Of a stretch of DNA of 64,000 bases, positions 8,800-17,876 are shown piece by piece; the first letter of the stretch is position 1, and the number at the start of each line of letters is the position of its first letter. The stretch comes from Candidatus Eiseniibacteriota bacterium. Lineage in GTDB: Bacteria; Eisenbacteria; RBG-16-71-46. Under the pieces are notes generated by a model. That model made no database searches, was not told the origin of the DNA, and saw only the letters and a list, made by a program, of their open reading frames with translations. The stretch is from the NCBI GenBank assembly GCA_963717505.1, contig OY970342.1:1632001-1696000 (forward strand). The letters run 5' to 3'. The position numbers were made by a program, and so were the translations under genes.

Positions 8800-10071
8800 A
8801 TGGGCAAGGTCCGCGTGGCCATCATCGGCGTCGGCAACTGCGCCTCGTCCCTGGTTCAGGGGCTTCACTACTATCGGAACGCGCGCGAGAGCGACCGCGT
8901 CCCGGGACTGATGCACGTGAACCTGGGCGGGTACCACATTCGCGACGTCGAGATCTCGGCGGCGATCGACATCGACCGCAACAAGGTCGGCCGCGACGTC
9001 GCCGACGCGATCGTCGCGTGGCCGAACAACACCTACGTGTTCGCCAAGGTGCCGCGCACCGGCATCGTGGTCCAGCGCGGCATGACCCACGACGGCCTCG
9101 GCAAGTACCTGTCGAAGATCATCCAGAAGGCGCCGGGCTCGACCGTGGACATCGTCAAGCTGCTGCGCGACACCGGCACCGACGTGGTCGTGAACTACCT
9201 GCCGGTCGGCTCCGAAGAGGCGACCAAGTGGTACGTCGAGCAGGTGCTCGAGGCCGGCTGCGCGTTCGTCAATTGCATCCCGGTATTCATCGCCCGCGAG
9301 AAGTACTGGCAACAGCGCTTCGAAAAGAAGGGCCTGCCGGTGATCGGCGACGACATCAAGTCCCAGGTCGGCGCGACCATCACCCATCGCGTGCTCGCCA
9401 ATCTGTTCGTCGACCGTGGCGTGCGGATCGATCGCACCTACCAGCTCAACTTCGGCGGCAATACCGACTTCCTCAACATGCTCGAGCGAGAGCGGCTCGA
9501 GTCCAAGAAGATCTCCAAGACCTCGGCGGTGACCAGCAGCATTCCCTATACGTTGGCCGAGGAGGATGTCCACGTCGGCCCGAGCGACTACGTGCCTTGG
9601 CTCAAGGATCGCAAGTGGTGCCACATTCGAATGGAAGGGACGACGTTCGGCGACGTGCCGCTCAACCTCGAGCTCAAGCTCGAAGTCTGGGACTCGCCCA
9701 ACTCGGCGGGCATCGTCATCGACGCCGTGCGCTGCGCGAAGCTGGGGCTCGACCACAAACTCAAGGGCGCCCTGATCGCGCCCTCCTCGTACTTCAAGAA
9801 GTCGCCGCCGATACAGATTCCCGACGATCGGGCGCGCGAGCTGGTCGAGGAGTTCATTCGCGATCCCAAGGCGCTGGAGAAGCGCCTGCGCGACAAGGGG
9901 GCTCCCATCCTACAAAGGGACGCGGCGCCACAAACCTCGGGCCGCAAAGGAGCGCGGGCCAAGGCGGCGACACGCGCGCCGTCCGCCAACGGCGGCGGCA
10001 ACGGCGCCTACGCGGGCGCGGCGCCGTCGCGTCGCACGTCCAAGCGCAAGCGCACCGCTCGGGCGCGCTGA
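8800..10071 (+). CDS. ino1: myo-inositol-1-phosphate synthase
   Basis: [57 protein letters not shown]. Confidence 0.96.
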   Translation: MGKVRVAIIGVGNCASSLVQGLHYYRNARESDRVPGLMHVNLGGYHIRDVEISAAIDIDRNKVGRDVADAIVAWPNNTYVFAKVPRTGIVVQRGMTHDGLGKYLSKIIQKAPGSTVDIVKLLRDTGTDVVVNYLPVGSEEATKWYVEQVLEAGCAFVNCIPVFIAREKYWQQRFEKKGLPVIGDDIKSQVGATITHRVLANLFVDRGVRIDRTYQLNFGGNTDFLNMLERERLESKKISKTSAVTSSIPYTLAEEDVHVGPSDYVPWLKDRKWCHIRMEGTTFGDVPLNLELKLEVWDSPNSAGIVIDAVRCAKLGLDHKLKGALIAPSSYFKKSPPIQIPDDRARELVEEFIRDPKALEKRLRDKGAPILQRDAAPQTSGRKGARAKAATRAPSANGGGNGAYAGAAPSRRTSKRKRTARAR

Positions 10072-10095
10072 CGCCACCCCGAGTTCCGTGACGTC

Positions 10096-10740
10096 ATGAC
10101 CCGCGGCGGCTTCGTCACCTTCGAAGGCGGGGACGGGTCGGGCAAGTCCACTCAATTGCGACGACTCGCCGCCCGGCTGCGGGCCGAGGGCCGCGACGTG
10201 GTCGAGACCCGCGAGCCCGGGGGCACGCCGCTCGCCGAGCGCATTCGCGCACTGCTGCTCGAGAGCCGCGCCGACTTCGAGGGGCCCGGACCGTGGTCCG
10301 AGGCGTTCCTCATGGAGGCGGCGCGCGCCGACCTGGTCGAGCGCGTGATCCGGCCGGCGCTGGCCGAAGGGCGAATCGTGCTCTGCGATCGATACGGGGA
10401 CTCGACCCTGGCGTATCAGGGGGGCGGACGCGGCCTCGACGCGTCACAGCTCGAAGCCATGAATCGTGCGGCCACCGGCGGGCTCGAACCCGATGTCACG
10501 TTGTGGTTCGACCTCGATCCGGCGGCCGGGCTCGCGCGGCGCGCCGCGGCGGAGGGCGGGGACAATCGCATCGACCGCGAGCCGCTGAGCTTTCATGTTC
10601 GGGTGCGCGAGTGCTACCGCAAGCTGGCGGCAGCGGCACCACGCCGTTTCGTCCTCCTGGATGCCACGCTCGATCCCGACTCGCTCGCCGAGCGCGTCTG
10701 GGACGCCGTCGCGCACCGTCTGGCCGCCGCCCGCTCCTGA
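10096..10740 (+). CDS. tmk: Thymidylate kinase
   Basis: FVTFEGGDGSGKSTQ, TREPGGT, LCDRY.DSTLAYQGGGRG. Confidence 0.96.
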   Translation: MTRGGFVTFEGGDGSGKSTQLRRLAARLRAEGRDVVETREPGGTPLAERIRALLLESRADFEGPGPWSEAFLMEAARADLVERVIRPALAEGRIVLCDRYGDSTLAYQGGGRGLDASQLEAMNRAATGGLEPDVTLWFDLDPAAGLARRAAAEGGDNRIDREPLSFHVRVRECYRKLAAAAPRRFVLLDATLDPDSLAERVWDAVAHRLAAARS

Positions 10741-10746
10741 GCCCCA

Positions 10747-10755
10747 TGCTATAGT
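10747..10755 (+). promoter_or_regulatory. Extended -10 promoter upstream of ctpA operon
   Basis: TGC-TATAGT in an otherwise GC-rich intergenic gap. Confidence 0.5.
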
Positions 10756-10824
10756 CCCAGGGCTCCTGCCAGGCCGTGGGTCGGGCCCGGCGCTCCCCGG
10801 AAATCGTTACGGAAGGACTCACCC

Positions 10825-12414
10825 TTGAAGCGCAGTCACGTCCTCATCGCTGTCTTCATGATCGGCTTGTTCCTGCTCGGCTGGCGCGTCGGGCGTGGTT
10901 CGAGTCGGGATCTGTACGCCAATCTCGACGTCTTCGTCGAAGTGCTCAAGCGCGTCCAGGACCACTACGTCGATCCGGTCGAACCGGCGGCGATGATCGA
11001 AGGCGCGGTCGAGGGCATGCTCAAGGATCTCGATCCCTACTCGCAGTTCCTGAACGACCAGAATTTCGGCCAGCTCCAGGATCAGACGCGCGGCTCGTTC
11101 AGCGGCATCGGGATCGTGGTCGGCATTCGCGACGGCTATCCCACGGTGATCTCGCCGATCGAAGGCAGCCCGGCGTGGGACGCCGGCCTGCACTCGGGCG
11201 ACATCATCGTCGCGATCAACGGTGCCTCCAGCGCCGGCATCACGGTCGAGGACGCCGCCAAGCAGCTACGGGGCCAGGATGGCACGTCGGTCCAGGTGAC
11301 CGTGCGCCGCGAGGGCAACGACGGACAACAGGACTACTCGCTGACCCGCCGCGAGATCGTGACCAAGAGCGTTCCCTATGCGTTCGTGGTCGGCAAGGAT
11401 CTCGGATATGTCCGACTCGCCGCGTTCTCCGAAACCTCGGGCGAAGAAGTTCGCGCCGCGCTCGATGATCTGCGCCGGCAGGGTGCGCGCCGCTTCGTCC
11501 TCGACATGCGACTGAACCCGGGCGGGCTGCTGTCCGAGGCGGTCGGCGTGGCGGAGCAGTTCGTGCCCAAGGGCAATCTGGTGGTCTCGACCCGTGGCCG
11601 CGCCAAGAACCAGAATCAGCGCTACTACGCCTCGGCGAGTCACGCCGACGTGCGCTCGCCACTGGTGGTGCTGGTCGACGACGGCAGCGCTTCGGCGGCC
11701 GAGATCGTCGCCGGCGCGTTGCAGGATCTGGATCGGGCGCTGGTGGTCGGACGCACCACGTTCGGCAAGGGTTCGGTGCAGAGCGTGTTCCCATTGCGCG
11801 GCACGCAGTCGGCGCTCAAGCTGACCACGGCGCTCTACTACACGCCTGCCGGACGCTCGATCCACCGGGCGGTGCATCTGGAAGACGCCGAACTCGCGGA
11901 CTCGGACGGCGGCGAGGGCCGGGAGCCGGAAGCCTCCGCCGACACCGCGGTCGCGCGCCCGGTGCACCACACCGCGGCCGGCCGCGTCGTCTATGGCGGC
12001 GGCGGGATCACGCCCGACGTCGTGGTGCTCTCCGACACGCTTCCGCCGCTGGCCCAGCGTATTGAACAACGCGGTCTCGCGTTCCGCTTCGCCAACCGCT
12101 GGGTCAACACGCACCCGGGCGCCAAGGTGCCGGCCGAAGTCACTGGCGCTCTGTGGACGGAATACGTGGCGTTCGTCCGGAGCCAGGAGGTTGTGGCACC
12201 CGACTCGGCGCTGGCCGCCGAGCGTACGATTCTCGCCCGCGCCGTGCGCCGCGAAATCGCCCGCCGCACCTCCGGCAACGGGGAGGGGATGCGCATCGCA
12301 CTCGAAGGCGATCCGGTGTTCCAGCGGGCGGCCGCGATCCTCGGACGCGCCGGACGGGCGAGCGACGTCTTCGCCTCGGCGACGCCGGACCCCGCGCTGG
12401 AAACGGTGCGGTGA
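10825..12414 (+). CDS. ctpA: C-terminal processing peptidase, S41A family
   Basis: LDPYS, PDZ (GIGI..SPIEGSPA), LDMRLNPGGLL, SASAAEIVAGALQD, TFGKGSVQ. Confidence 0.94.
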   Translation: MKRSHVLIAVFMIGLFLLGWRVGRGSSRDLYANLDVFVEVLKRVQDHYVDPVEPAAMIEGAVEGMLKDLDPYSQFLNDQNFGQLQDQTRGSFSGIGIVVGIRDGYPTVISPIEGSPAWDAGLHSGDIIVAINGASSAGITVEDAAKQLRGQDGTSVQVTVRREGNDGQQDYSLTRREIVTKSVPYAFVVGKDLGYVRLAAFSETSGEEVRAALDDLRRQGARRFVLDMRLNPGGLLSEAVGVAEQFVPKGNLVVSTRGRAKNQNQRYYASASHADVRSPLVVLVDDGSASAAEIVAGALQDLDRALVVGRTTFGKGSVQSVFPLRGTQSALKLTTALYYTPAGRSIHRAVHLEDAELADSDGGEGREPEASADTAVARPVHHTAAGRVVYGGGGITPDVVVLSDTLPPLAQRIEQRGLAFRFANRWVNTHPGAKVPAEVTGALWTEYVAFVRSQEVVAPDSALAAERTILARAVRREIARRTSGNGEGMRIALEGDPVFQRAAAILGRAGRASDVFASATPDPALETVR

Positions 12415-13109
12415 CCCGACCGCGCGTCTGGCTCTGCGACTTCGACGGCACCGTGGCCCCGGAGGACGTCGGCGCTTCGTTCATGCGCGAGTTCTCGCCC
12501 GGCCACGACGCCGAGCGCCGGGTACTGCTCGAGTCCTGGCGAAGCGAGCGCATCGGCAGCCGTGAACTGGCTGCGGCCGAATGCGAATTCGTGCGCGCGA
12601 CCGAGACGGCGGCCTCGGCGTACGCGCTGCGATTCGCGATCGATCCGGACTTCCCCGGGTTCGCGCGCGACGTCGAATCGCGCGGGGACTCGGTTCTGAT
12701 CGTCAGCGACGGGTTCGATTTCTACATTCGCCCGCTGCTCGCCGCCGCCGGGCTCGGCCATCTTCGGGTCGCCGCGAATCGCATGCTCTTTGCCGGCGAA
12801 CGGCTGACCCCCGAGTTCCCGCACGACGGCGGATGCGGGCGCTGCGGCAACTGCAAGGGCCAGTACGTCGCCGCCTATCGAGCCCGGGGTTTCGAAACCG
12901 TTCTGGTCGGCGACGGCTATTCCGACCGCTGCGCGGCGCGCACCGCCCAGGTGGTCCTCGCGCGCGGCTCGTTGGCCGCCTGGTGCGCGGCCGAGGGCAT
13001 TCGGGCGCACACCTTCGAGTCGTTCGCCGACGTATCCCGGATCGCTCGCCGGCTCGCCAGGGACGCCGGTGACGGCGAAGGTCGGGATCGAGTGGGAGCG
13101 GTGGCGTGA
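12411..13109 (+). CDS. HAD-superfamily phosphatase, MtnX-like (subfamily IB)
   Basis: CDFDGT, VSDGFDFYI, CGRCGNCK, VGDGYSDRCAA; GTGA overlap with ctpA. Confidence 0.88.
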   Translation: MTRPRVWLCDFDGTVAPEDVGASFMREFSPGHDAERRVLLESWRSERIGSRELAAAECEFVRATETAASAYALRFAIDPDFPGFARDVESRGDSVLIVSDGFDFYIRPLLAAAGLGHLRVAANRMLFAGERLTPEFPHDGGCGRCGNCKGQYVAAYRARGFETVLVGDGYSDRCAARTAQVVLARGSLAAWCAAEGIRAHTFESFADVSRIARRLARDAGDGEGRDRVGAVA

Positions 13110-14149
13110 AGATCGGGCCCGTCGAGATCGATCATCCGTTCCTGCTGGCTCCGCTCGCCGGAGTCAGCGATTCGCCGTTCCGGCGCCTGGCGCGCGAACA
13201 GGGCGCGGCCGCGGTCTACACCGAAATGGTTTCCGCCGATGGCTTGGTGCGCGGCAACCAGGCGACCCTCGACTACTGCGCGTTCGATCCCAGCGAGCGC
13301 CCGATCGGGGTCCAGATCTTCGGCTCCGACCCCGGAGTCATGGCCGAGGCCACGCAGGTCCTGTGCGCGTTGCCGGAGGCACGGCGGCCCGACCTGATCG
13401 ACATCAACATGGGATGCCCGGTGCGCAAGGTGGTCAACCGGTGCGCCGGTGCGGCGCTGCTCCAGGATGTCCCGTTGATCGAGAACATCGTGTCGCGCAT
13501 GGTCGCCGCGAGCACGGCGCCGGTCACCGCCAAGATCCGTCTGGGCTGGGACGGCAACTCGCGCAACGTGGTCGAAGTCGCCCGGGTACTCGAAGGCGCG
13601 GGTGCTGCGGCGGTCGCGATCCATGCGCGGACGCGCGCCGAGAAATTCGAGGGCGATGCGCACTGGGAGATGATCGGCGAGGCGCGCCGCGCGGTCGGGA
13701 TTCCGGTGATCGGCAACGGCGACGTCAAGAGCCCGGCGGATGCGCTGCGTATGCTCGAAACCACCGGTTGCGATGCGGTCATGCTGGGTCGGGCCGCGTT
13801 CGGGGATCCATGGGTGTTTCGGCGCGTGCTCGCCGGCTGGACGGAGGGCGCGGAATTGCCCCTTCCGACTCCGGCCGAGCGCCTCGAGTCCGGAATCCGC
13901 CATCTGGCGATGATGGTCGAGAGCGTCGGACCGGAATGCGCGGCACGCGAGATGCGCAAGCACGTCGCGTGGTACGTGCGCGGCTTGCCGAACAGCGCCC
14001 GCGTGCGCGAGCAGGTCAACCGCACGCGCTCGGTCGACGAAATGGCCGACCTGCTGCGCGGATACCTGCTCGAACTCGAGGGCGCGGGCAGCCCCGACGC
14101 GTGCATCGCGGAGGATCGGACGTGGGAGGGCGCAGGTGCGACCGGATGA
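13106..14149 (+). CDS. dusB: tRNA-dihydrouridine synthase B
   Basis: LAPLAGVSDSPFR, IDINMGCPVRKV, KIRLGWD, IHART, IGNGD, MRKHVAWY. Confidence 0.95.
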   Translation: MKIGPVEIDHPFLLAPLAGVSDSPFRRLAREQGAAAVYTEMVSADGLVRGNQATLDYCAFDPSERPIGVQIFGSDPGVMAEATQVLCALPEARRPDLIDINMGCPVRKVVNRCAGAALLQDVPLIENIVSRMVAASTAPVTAKIRLGWDGNSRNVVEVARVLEGAGAAAVAIHARTRAEKFEGDAHWEMIGEARRAVGIPVIGNGDVKSPADALRMLETTGCDAVMLGRAAFGDPWVFRRVLAGWTEGAELPLPTPAERLESGIRHLAMMVESVGPECAAREMRKHVAWYVRGLPNSARVREQVNRTRSVDEMADLLRGYLLELEGAGSPDACIAEDRTWEGAGATG

Positions 14150-14909
14150 ACTGCGTGCGCTGCTGCGCCGGGTACGCGGGGGGCGAGTGTCGACCGCCGA
14201 GGCCGAGCGCGCGATCCGTGCCGAGCCGCTCGAGCGGCTCGGGTTCGCGACCCTCGATCACCAGCGGGGCCTGAGAGCCGGCTTCCCTGAAGTCGTCTAC
14301 GCCGAGGGCAAGACGCCCGAGGATCTCACTGCGATCGTCGATCGGCTCCACCGGCGAAACGGAGTCGTGCTCGCCACACGCGTCGACGACCGCCAGCGCC
14401 AAGTGCTGGCGAAGATCTGGCCCCGTGCGGTCTACCACCCGCGGGCGCGCGCCTTCGTGTTGGGTGCCCGGGCAGTGCGCGGCCGTGGCCGGGTTCTGGT
14501 GGTGTGCGCCGGCACCGCCGACCTTCCGGTGGCCGAGGAAGCACTGGTGACTGCGCGCGTGCTGGGCAGTCGCGTCGAGCTGATCGCCGACGTCGGCGTC
14601 GCCGGGCTCCATCGCCTGATGGCGCATCGGCGCCGGTTGCGCGGCGCCCGAGTGTTGGTCGTGGTTGCCGGCCTCGAGGGAGCGCTGCCGAGCGTGGTCG
14701 GCGGCCTGGTCGACCGGCCGGTGATCGCCGTGCCGACCAGCGTCGGCTACGGCACGCACTTCGGCGGTTTGGCGCCATTGCTCGCCATGCTCAATTCCTG
14801 CGCGGCAGGGGTTACCGTGGTCAACGTCAACAACGGATTCGGCGCCGGCTACGCAGCCCACCTCATCAACATCGGAGCCCCGGCGCGGGCCACTCGGAGG
14901 CCATCGTGA
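14136..14909 (+). CDS. larB: Nickel-pincer cofactor biosynthesis protein LarB
   Basis: GFPEVVYAEGKT, AGTADLPVAEEA, DVGVAGLHRL, AGLEGALPSV, PTSVGYG, NSCAAG, NGFGA. Confidence 0.95.
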   Translation: MRPDELRALLRRVRGGRVSTAEAERAIRAEPLERLGFATLDHQRGLRAGFPEVVYAEGKTPEDLTAIVDRLHRRNGVVLATRVDDRQRQVLAKIWPRAVYHPRARAFVLGARAVRGRGRVLVVCAGTADLPVAEEALVTARVLGSRVELIADVGVAGLHRLMAHRRRLRGARVLVVVAGLEGALPSVVGGLVDRPVIAVPTSVGYGTHFGGLAPLLAMLNSCAAGVTVVNVNNGFGAGYAAHLINIGAPARATRRPS

Positions 14910-16093
14910 AGCTCGCCTACTTCGATTGCTTCTCCGGCGTGAGCGGCGACATGTGCCTGGGGGCGCTGGTGGCGGCCGGGTATCCGGCCGAACGCCTCGC
15001 CGATCTGCCGCGCCGGCTCGGCCTCGAAGGGGTGCGCATCGAGATCGGCGTCGCGCGGCGTGGACCGTTTTCCGCGACTCGAGTCCAGGTCGAGGTCGCG
15101 GGTCGTCCGGCTCACCGCCACCTCAAGCATTTGCTCGCGATCATCGAGCAGGGTGACATCGCCCCGAGCGTTCGCGATCGATCGCTCGACGTGTTTCGCC
15201 GCCTCGCCGCTGCCGAAGCCGAAGTCCACGGCCAGACCATCGAAAAGGTGCACTTTCACGAAGTCGGCGGCGCCGATGCGCTGGTCGACATCGTCGGCAC
15301 GGTCGAGGCGCTCCACGAGCTGGGCGTCGAGCGCACCTACTGCTCGACCCTGAGGCTCGGCCGCGGTTCGGTGCCCTCGGAGCATGGCGTGATTCCGGTG
15401 CCGGCGCCGGCGACGACGTTGCTCTTGCGCGGGGCGCCGATCGAGATCCCGGCGATCGACGCGGAGCTGGTCACCCCGACCGGTGCGGCGCTGATGGCGT
15501 CCCTGGTTGCCGACTGGGGGTCGCCGCCGCCGTTTCGCCTCGAGGCCGCTGGGACTGGGGCGGGCGGCCGCGACCTCGAGGAGCAGGCGAACGTGCTTCG
15601 AGTCCTGATCGGTGAGGTCCGGACCGGTTCGCTCGGGCACCGCCGGGTTTCGGTTCTCGAGACGGCACTCGACGACGAAAGCCCGCAGATCCTGGCCGAC
15701 CTCGCCCCCCGGCTGCTCGCGGCCGGTGCCCTGGACGTCATGAGCGTCCCGGTACTCATGAAGAAAGGGCGACAGGGGACCTGGCTCGTCGTGCTCGCCG
15801 ATCCCGAGCGATCGCAGGCGCTGGCGACGATGTTGTTGAGCGAGACATCGACCTTGGGGGTTCGGGTTCGAGAGGATGAGCGGATCGAACTCGAGCGCCG
15901 CTCGGCCACCGTAGAGACCGAGTACGGGCCGATCGCTATGAAGGTGGCGATGCTGCCCGACGGCGGCACACGGGCAATCCCCGAGTTCGAGTCGGTGCGC
16001 GCCGCTTCGGAGCGGGCCTCGGTCCCGAGCCGAGAAATACGGGACGCCGCGCTCGCCGCCTGGAGGTCGAAGCGTGGAGCAGGAACGCCTTAG
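14906..16093 (+). CDS. larC: Nickel-pincer cofactor biosynthesis protein LarC (nickel insertase)
   Basis: YFDCFSGVSGDM.LGAL, VHFHEVG..DALVDIVG, PVPAPAT, ELVTPTGAA, MKKGR, ETSTLGVR, PEFE. Confidence 0.95.
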   Translation: MKLAYFDCFSGVSGDMCLGALVAAGYPAERLADLPRRLGLEGVRIEIGVARRGPFSATRVQVEVAGRPAHRHLKHLLAIIEQGDIAPSVRDRSLDVFRRLAAAEAEVHGQTIEKVHFHEVGGADALVDIVGTVEALHELGVERTYCSTLRLGRGSVPSEHGVIPVPAPATTLLLRGAPIEIPAIDAELVTPTGAALMASLVADWGSPPPFRLEAAGTGAGGRDLEEQANVLRVLIGEVRTGSLGHRRVSVLETALDDESPQILADLAPRLLAAGALDVMSVPVLMKKGRQGTWLVVLADPERSQALATMLLSETSTLGVRVREDERIELERRSATVETEYGPIAMKVAMLPDGGTRAIPEFESVRAASERASVPSREIRDAALAAWRSKRGAGTP

Positions 16094-17441
16094 CCCTCGG
16101 CTGGTGGCGTCCGACATCTCGGTCGGTCCCCCCGGAGGGGAGCCCATCCTTCGCGGGGTAAACCTCGAGGTCGATGCCGGCGAGTGGCTGGGGATCACGG
16201 GCGCCAACGGCTCCGGGAAGACGACTCTGGCCCTGGCACTGGCGGGCCTGGCGCGGGTGCGGCAAGGCCGAGTGTGCGTCGCGGGCGAGCCCCTGCTCAC
16301 CGGCTCGGCTTCGAGGACGCGCGTCGCCGCGATCCTTCAGGAGCCCGGGTCCCAGCTTCTTTGCGATCGTGTGCTCGACGAAATCGCGCTCACTGCCATC
16401 AATCTCGGGATCGATCGTGGGGCTGCTCTGAAGGCCGCCCGCGAAATCGCAGAACGACTCGCGATTCGAGAGTTGGAACAGAACCCAGCGGCGCTATCGG
16501 CGGGTCGCCAGCAGGTCGTATTGCTGGCCGCCGCGCTGGCGGCTCGGCCGGCAGTTCTGATCGCGGACGAGGCCCTGGCACACGTGGACGCCCCCACCCG
16601 CTACCGGGTGCAGTCGGTTCTCAAGGAAGAGACCTCGAGGGGGCTGGCGGTGATCTGGGTCACTCAAAGTGCCGCCGAGCTGGCCAACGCCGACCGCGCC
16701 ATCGAAGTGACTCGGCATGGGATCATCGCCTGGCGGCAGGCTCAGGCATCCGACTCGCTCGAGCCGCGCACCGCATCGGCTTCGGTCCAGAGCGAGATCG
16801 GGCGTATTCGCGTCAAGTCCAACTCGAATCATGACAATCGGATACGGGTCGAGCACTCGATCGAGATCCCGATCCCGACAACCGGTCTGGTGGTGGTAAC
16901 CGGCGCCAACGGCGTCGGCAAGACCACACTGCTCGAGGCGATCGCGGGAGGGTTCGATCGACCTGAGGTCGAAGTCGAATGGCTTGGAAGGTCGGGCAGT
17001 AATTCCTTTTCCGGCTCCAAGTTCGGCCCGCTTCTGGTCGGGGAGAGACCGGAGACTCAGATCGTCCACGAGCAGGTCGCGGACGAAGTGGTTTACGCGG
17101 CCACAGCCAGAGGCAGGTCGCGTTCGGAGTCTCTGGCCCACGCCCGGGAACTCCTGAGAGCGCTTCCCTTTGGGACCGATCTGCTCGAGCGCCGGACGTG
17201 GTCCCTTTCCGTGGGAGAGAAAAGGGTCGTGTTGAACATCGGCGGGTTGATCGCACCCACAACTTTGCTTGCCATCGATGAACCAACCGCGGGCCTCGAC
17301 GCCGGTGGAAGTGAAGCCATGGCGAATCTGGTTCAGCAACGCGCAACGTCAGGGCCGGTTTTCGTTGCCACTCAGGACGTGGATCGGTTCAGAGGTCTGG
17401 CGGGTCATTATGTCGACCTGGGGGTCGCTTCAAGCCGCTGA
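16074..17441 (+). CDS. Duplicated ABC ATPase, ECF/CbiO-like (divergent)
   Basis: Two Walker A motifs (GANGSGKT, GANGVGKT), signatures LSAGRQQ/LSVGEKR, Walker B IADEA/IDEPTAGLD. Confidence 0.8.
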   Translation: MEQERLSPRLVASDISVGPPGGEPILRGVNLEVDAGEWLGITGANGSGKTTLALALAGLARVRQGRVCVAGEPLLTGSASRTRVAAILQEPGSQLLCDRVLDEIALTAINLGIDRGAALKAAREIAERLAIRELEQNPAALSAGRQQVVLLAAALAARPAVLIADEALAHVDAPTRYRVQSVLKEETSRGLAVIWVTQSAAELANADRAIEVTRHGIIAWRQAQASDSLEPRTASASVQSEIGRIRVKSNSNHDNRIRVEHSIEIPIPTTGLVVVTGANGVGKTTLLEAIAGGFDRPEVEVEWLGRSGSNSFSGSKFGPLLVGERPETQIVHEQVADEVVYAATARGRSRSESLAHARELLRALPFGTDLLERRTWSLSVGEKRVVLNIGGLIAPTTLLAIDEPTAGLDAGGSEAMANLVQQRATSGPVFVATQDVDRFRGLAGHYVDLGVASSR

Positions 17442-17497
17442 AATGGGGCGCATCACCCGGGGGAGGGGAATTCGGCAAGTTGCGGTCGAAAAACGGA

Positions 17498-17527
17498 TTG
17501 ACAGACCCATGTCAGACGGCCTAGCCT
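17498..17527 (+). promoter_or_regulatory. sigma70-type promoter for the 1500-aa surface protein
   Basis: TTGACA-N18-TAGCCT preceded by AAAAAC, nearly identical in architecture to the hup promoter. Confidence 0.65.
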
Positions 17528-17876
17528 TCTCGGTGCTGGGTAGCAGGTGGCTCCCCTCAAAACCCCTGGGAGCCCACCGTCGAGTTTCATCGGTCGTGGC
17601 TTCCGTTCTTGAAAGCTGGCAGCGGCTTTGAACGAGCGACGACGGAATCGCTGTCTGTGAAAGAGCAAATACCAATGCGCCGGGCCGCGTCCGACCTGCC
17701 AAGGGCGCGCGACCGGAAGCGGAAAGGGGGGATTCCGACTCTCGAGCCGGCTGCGCGGATGTTTCTGTCGTGAATTGCGACAGTCTCCGGTCGTCAGCCT
17801 ACTGCGAAACCTCGCTCGCAATCCGTACTGGAAGACTTCGCATTGCCCATGCATTGCGACGATGGAGGTACTGAAC

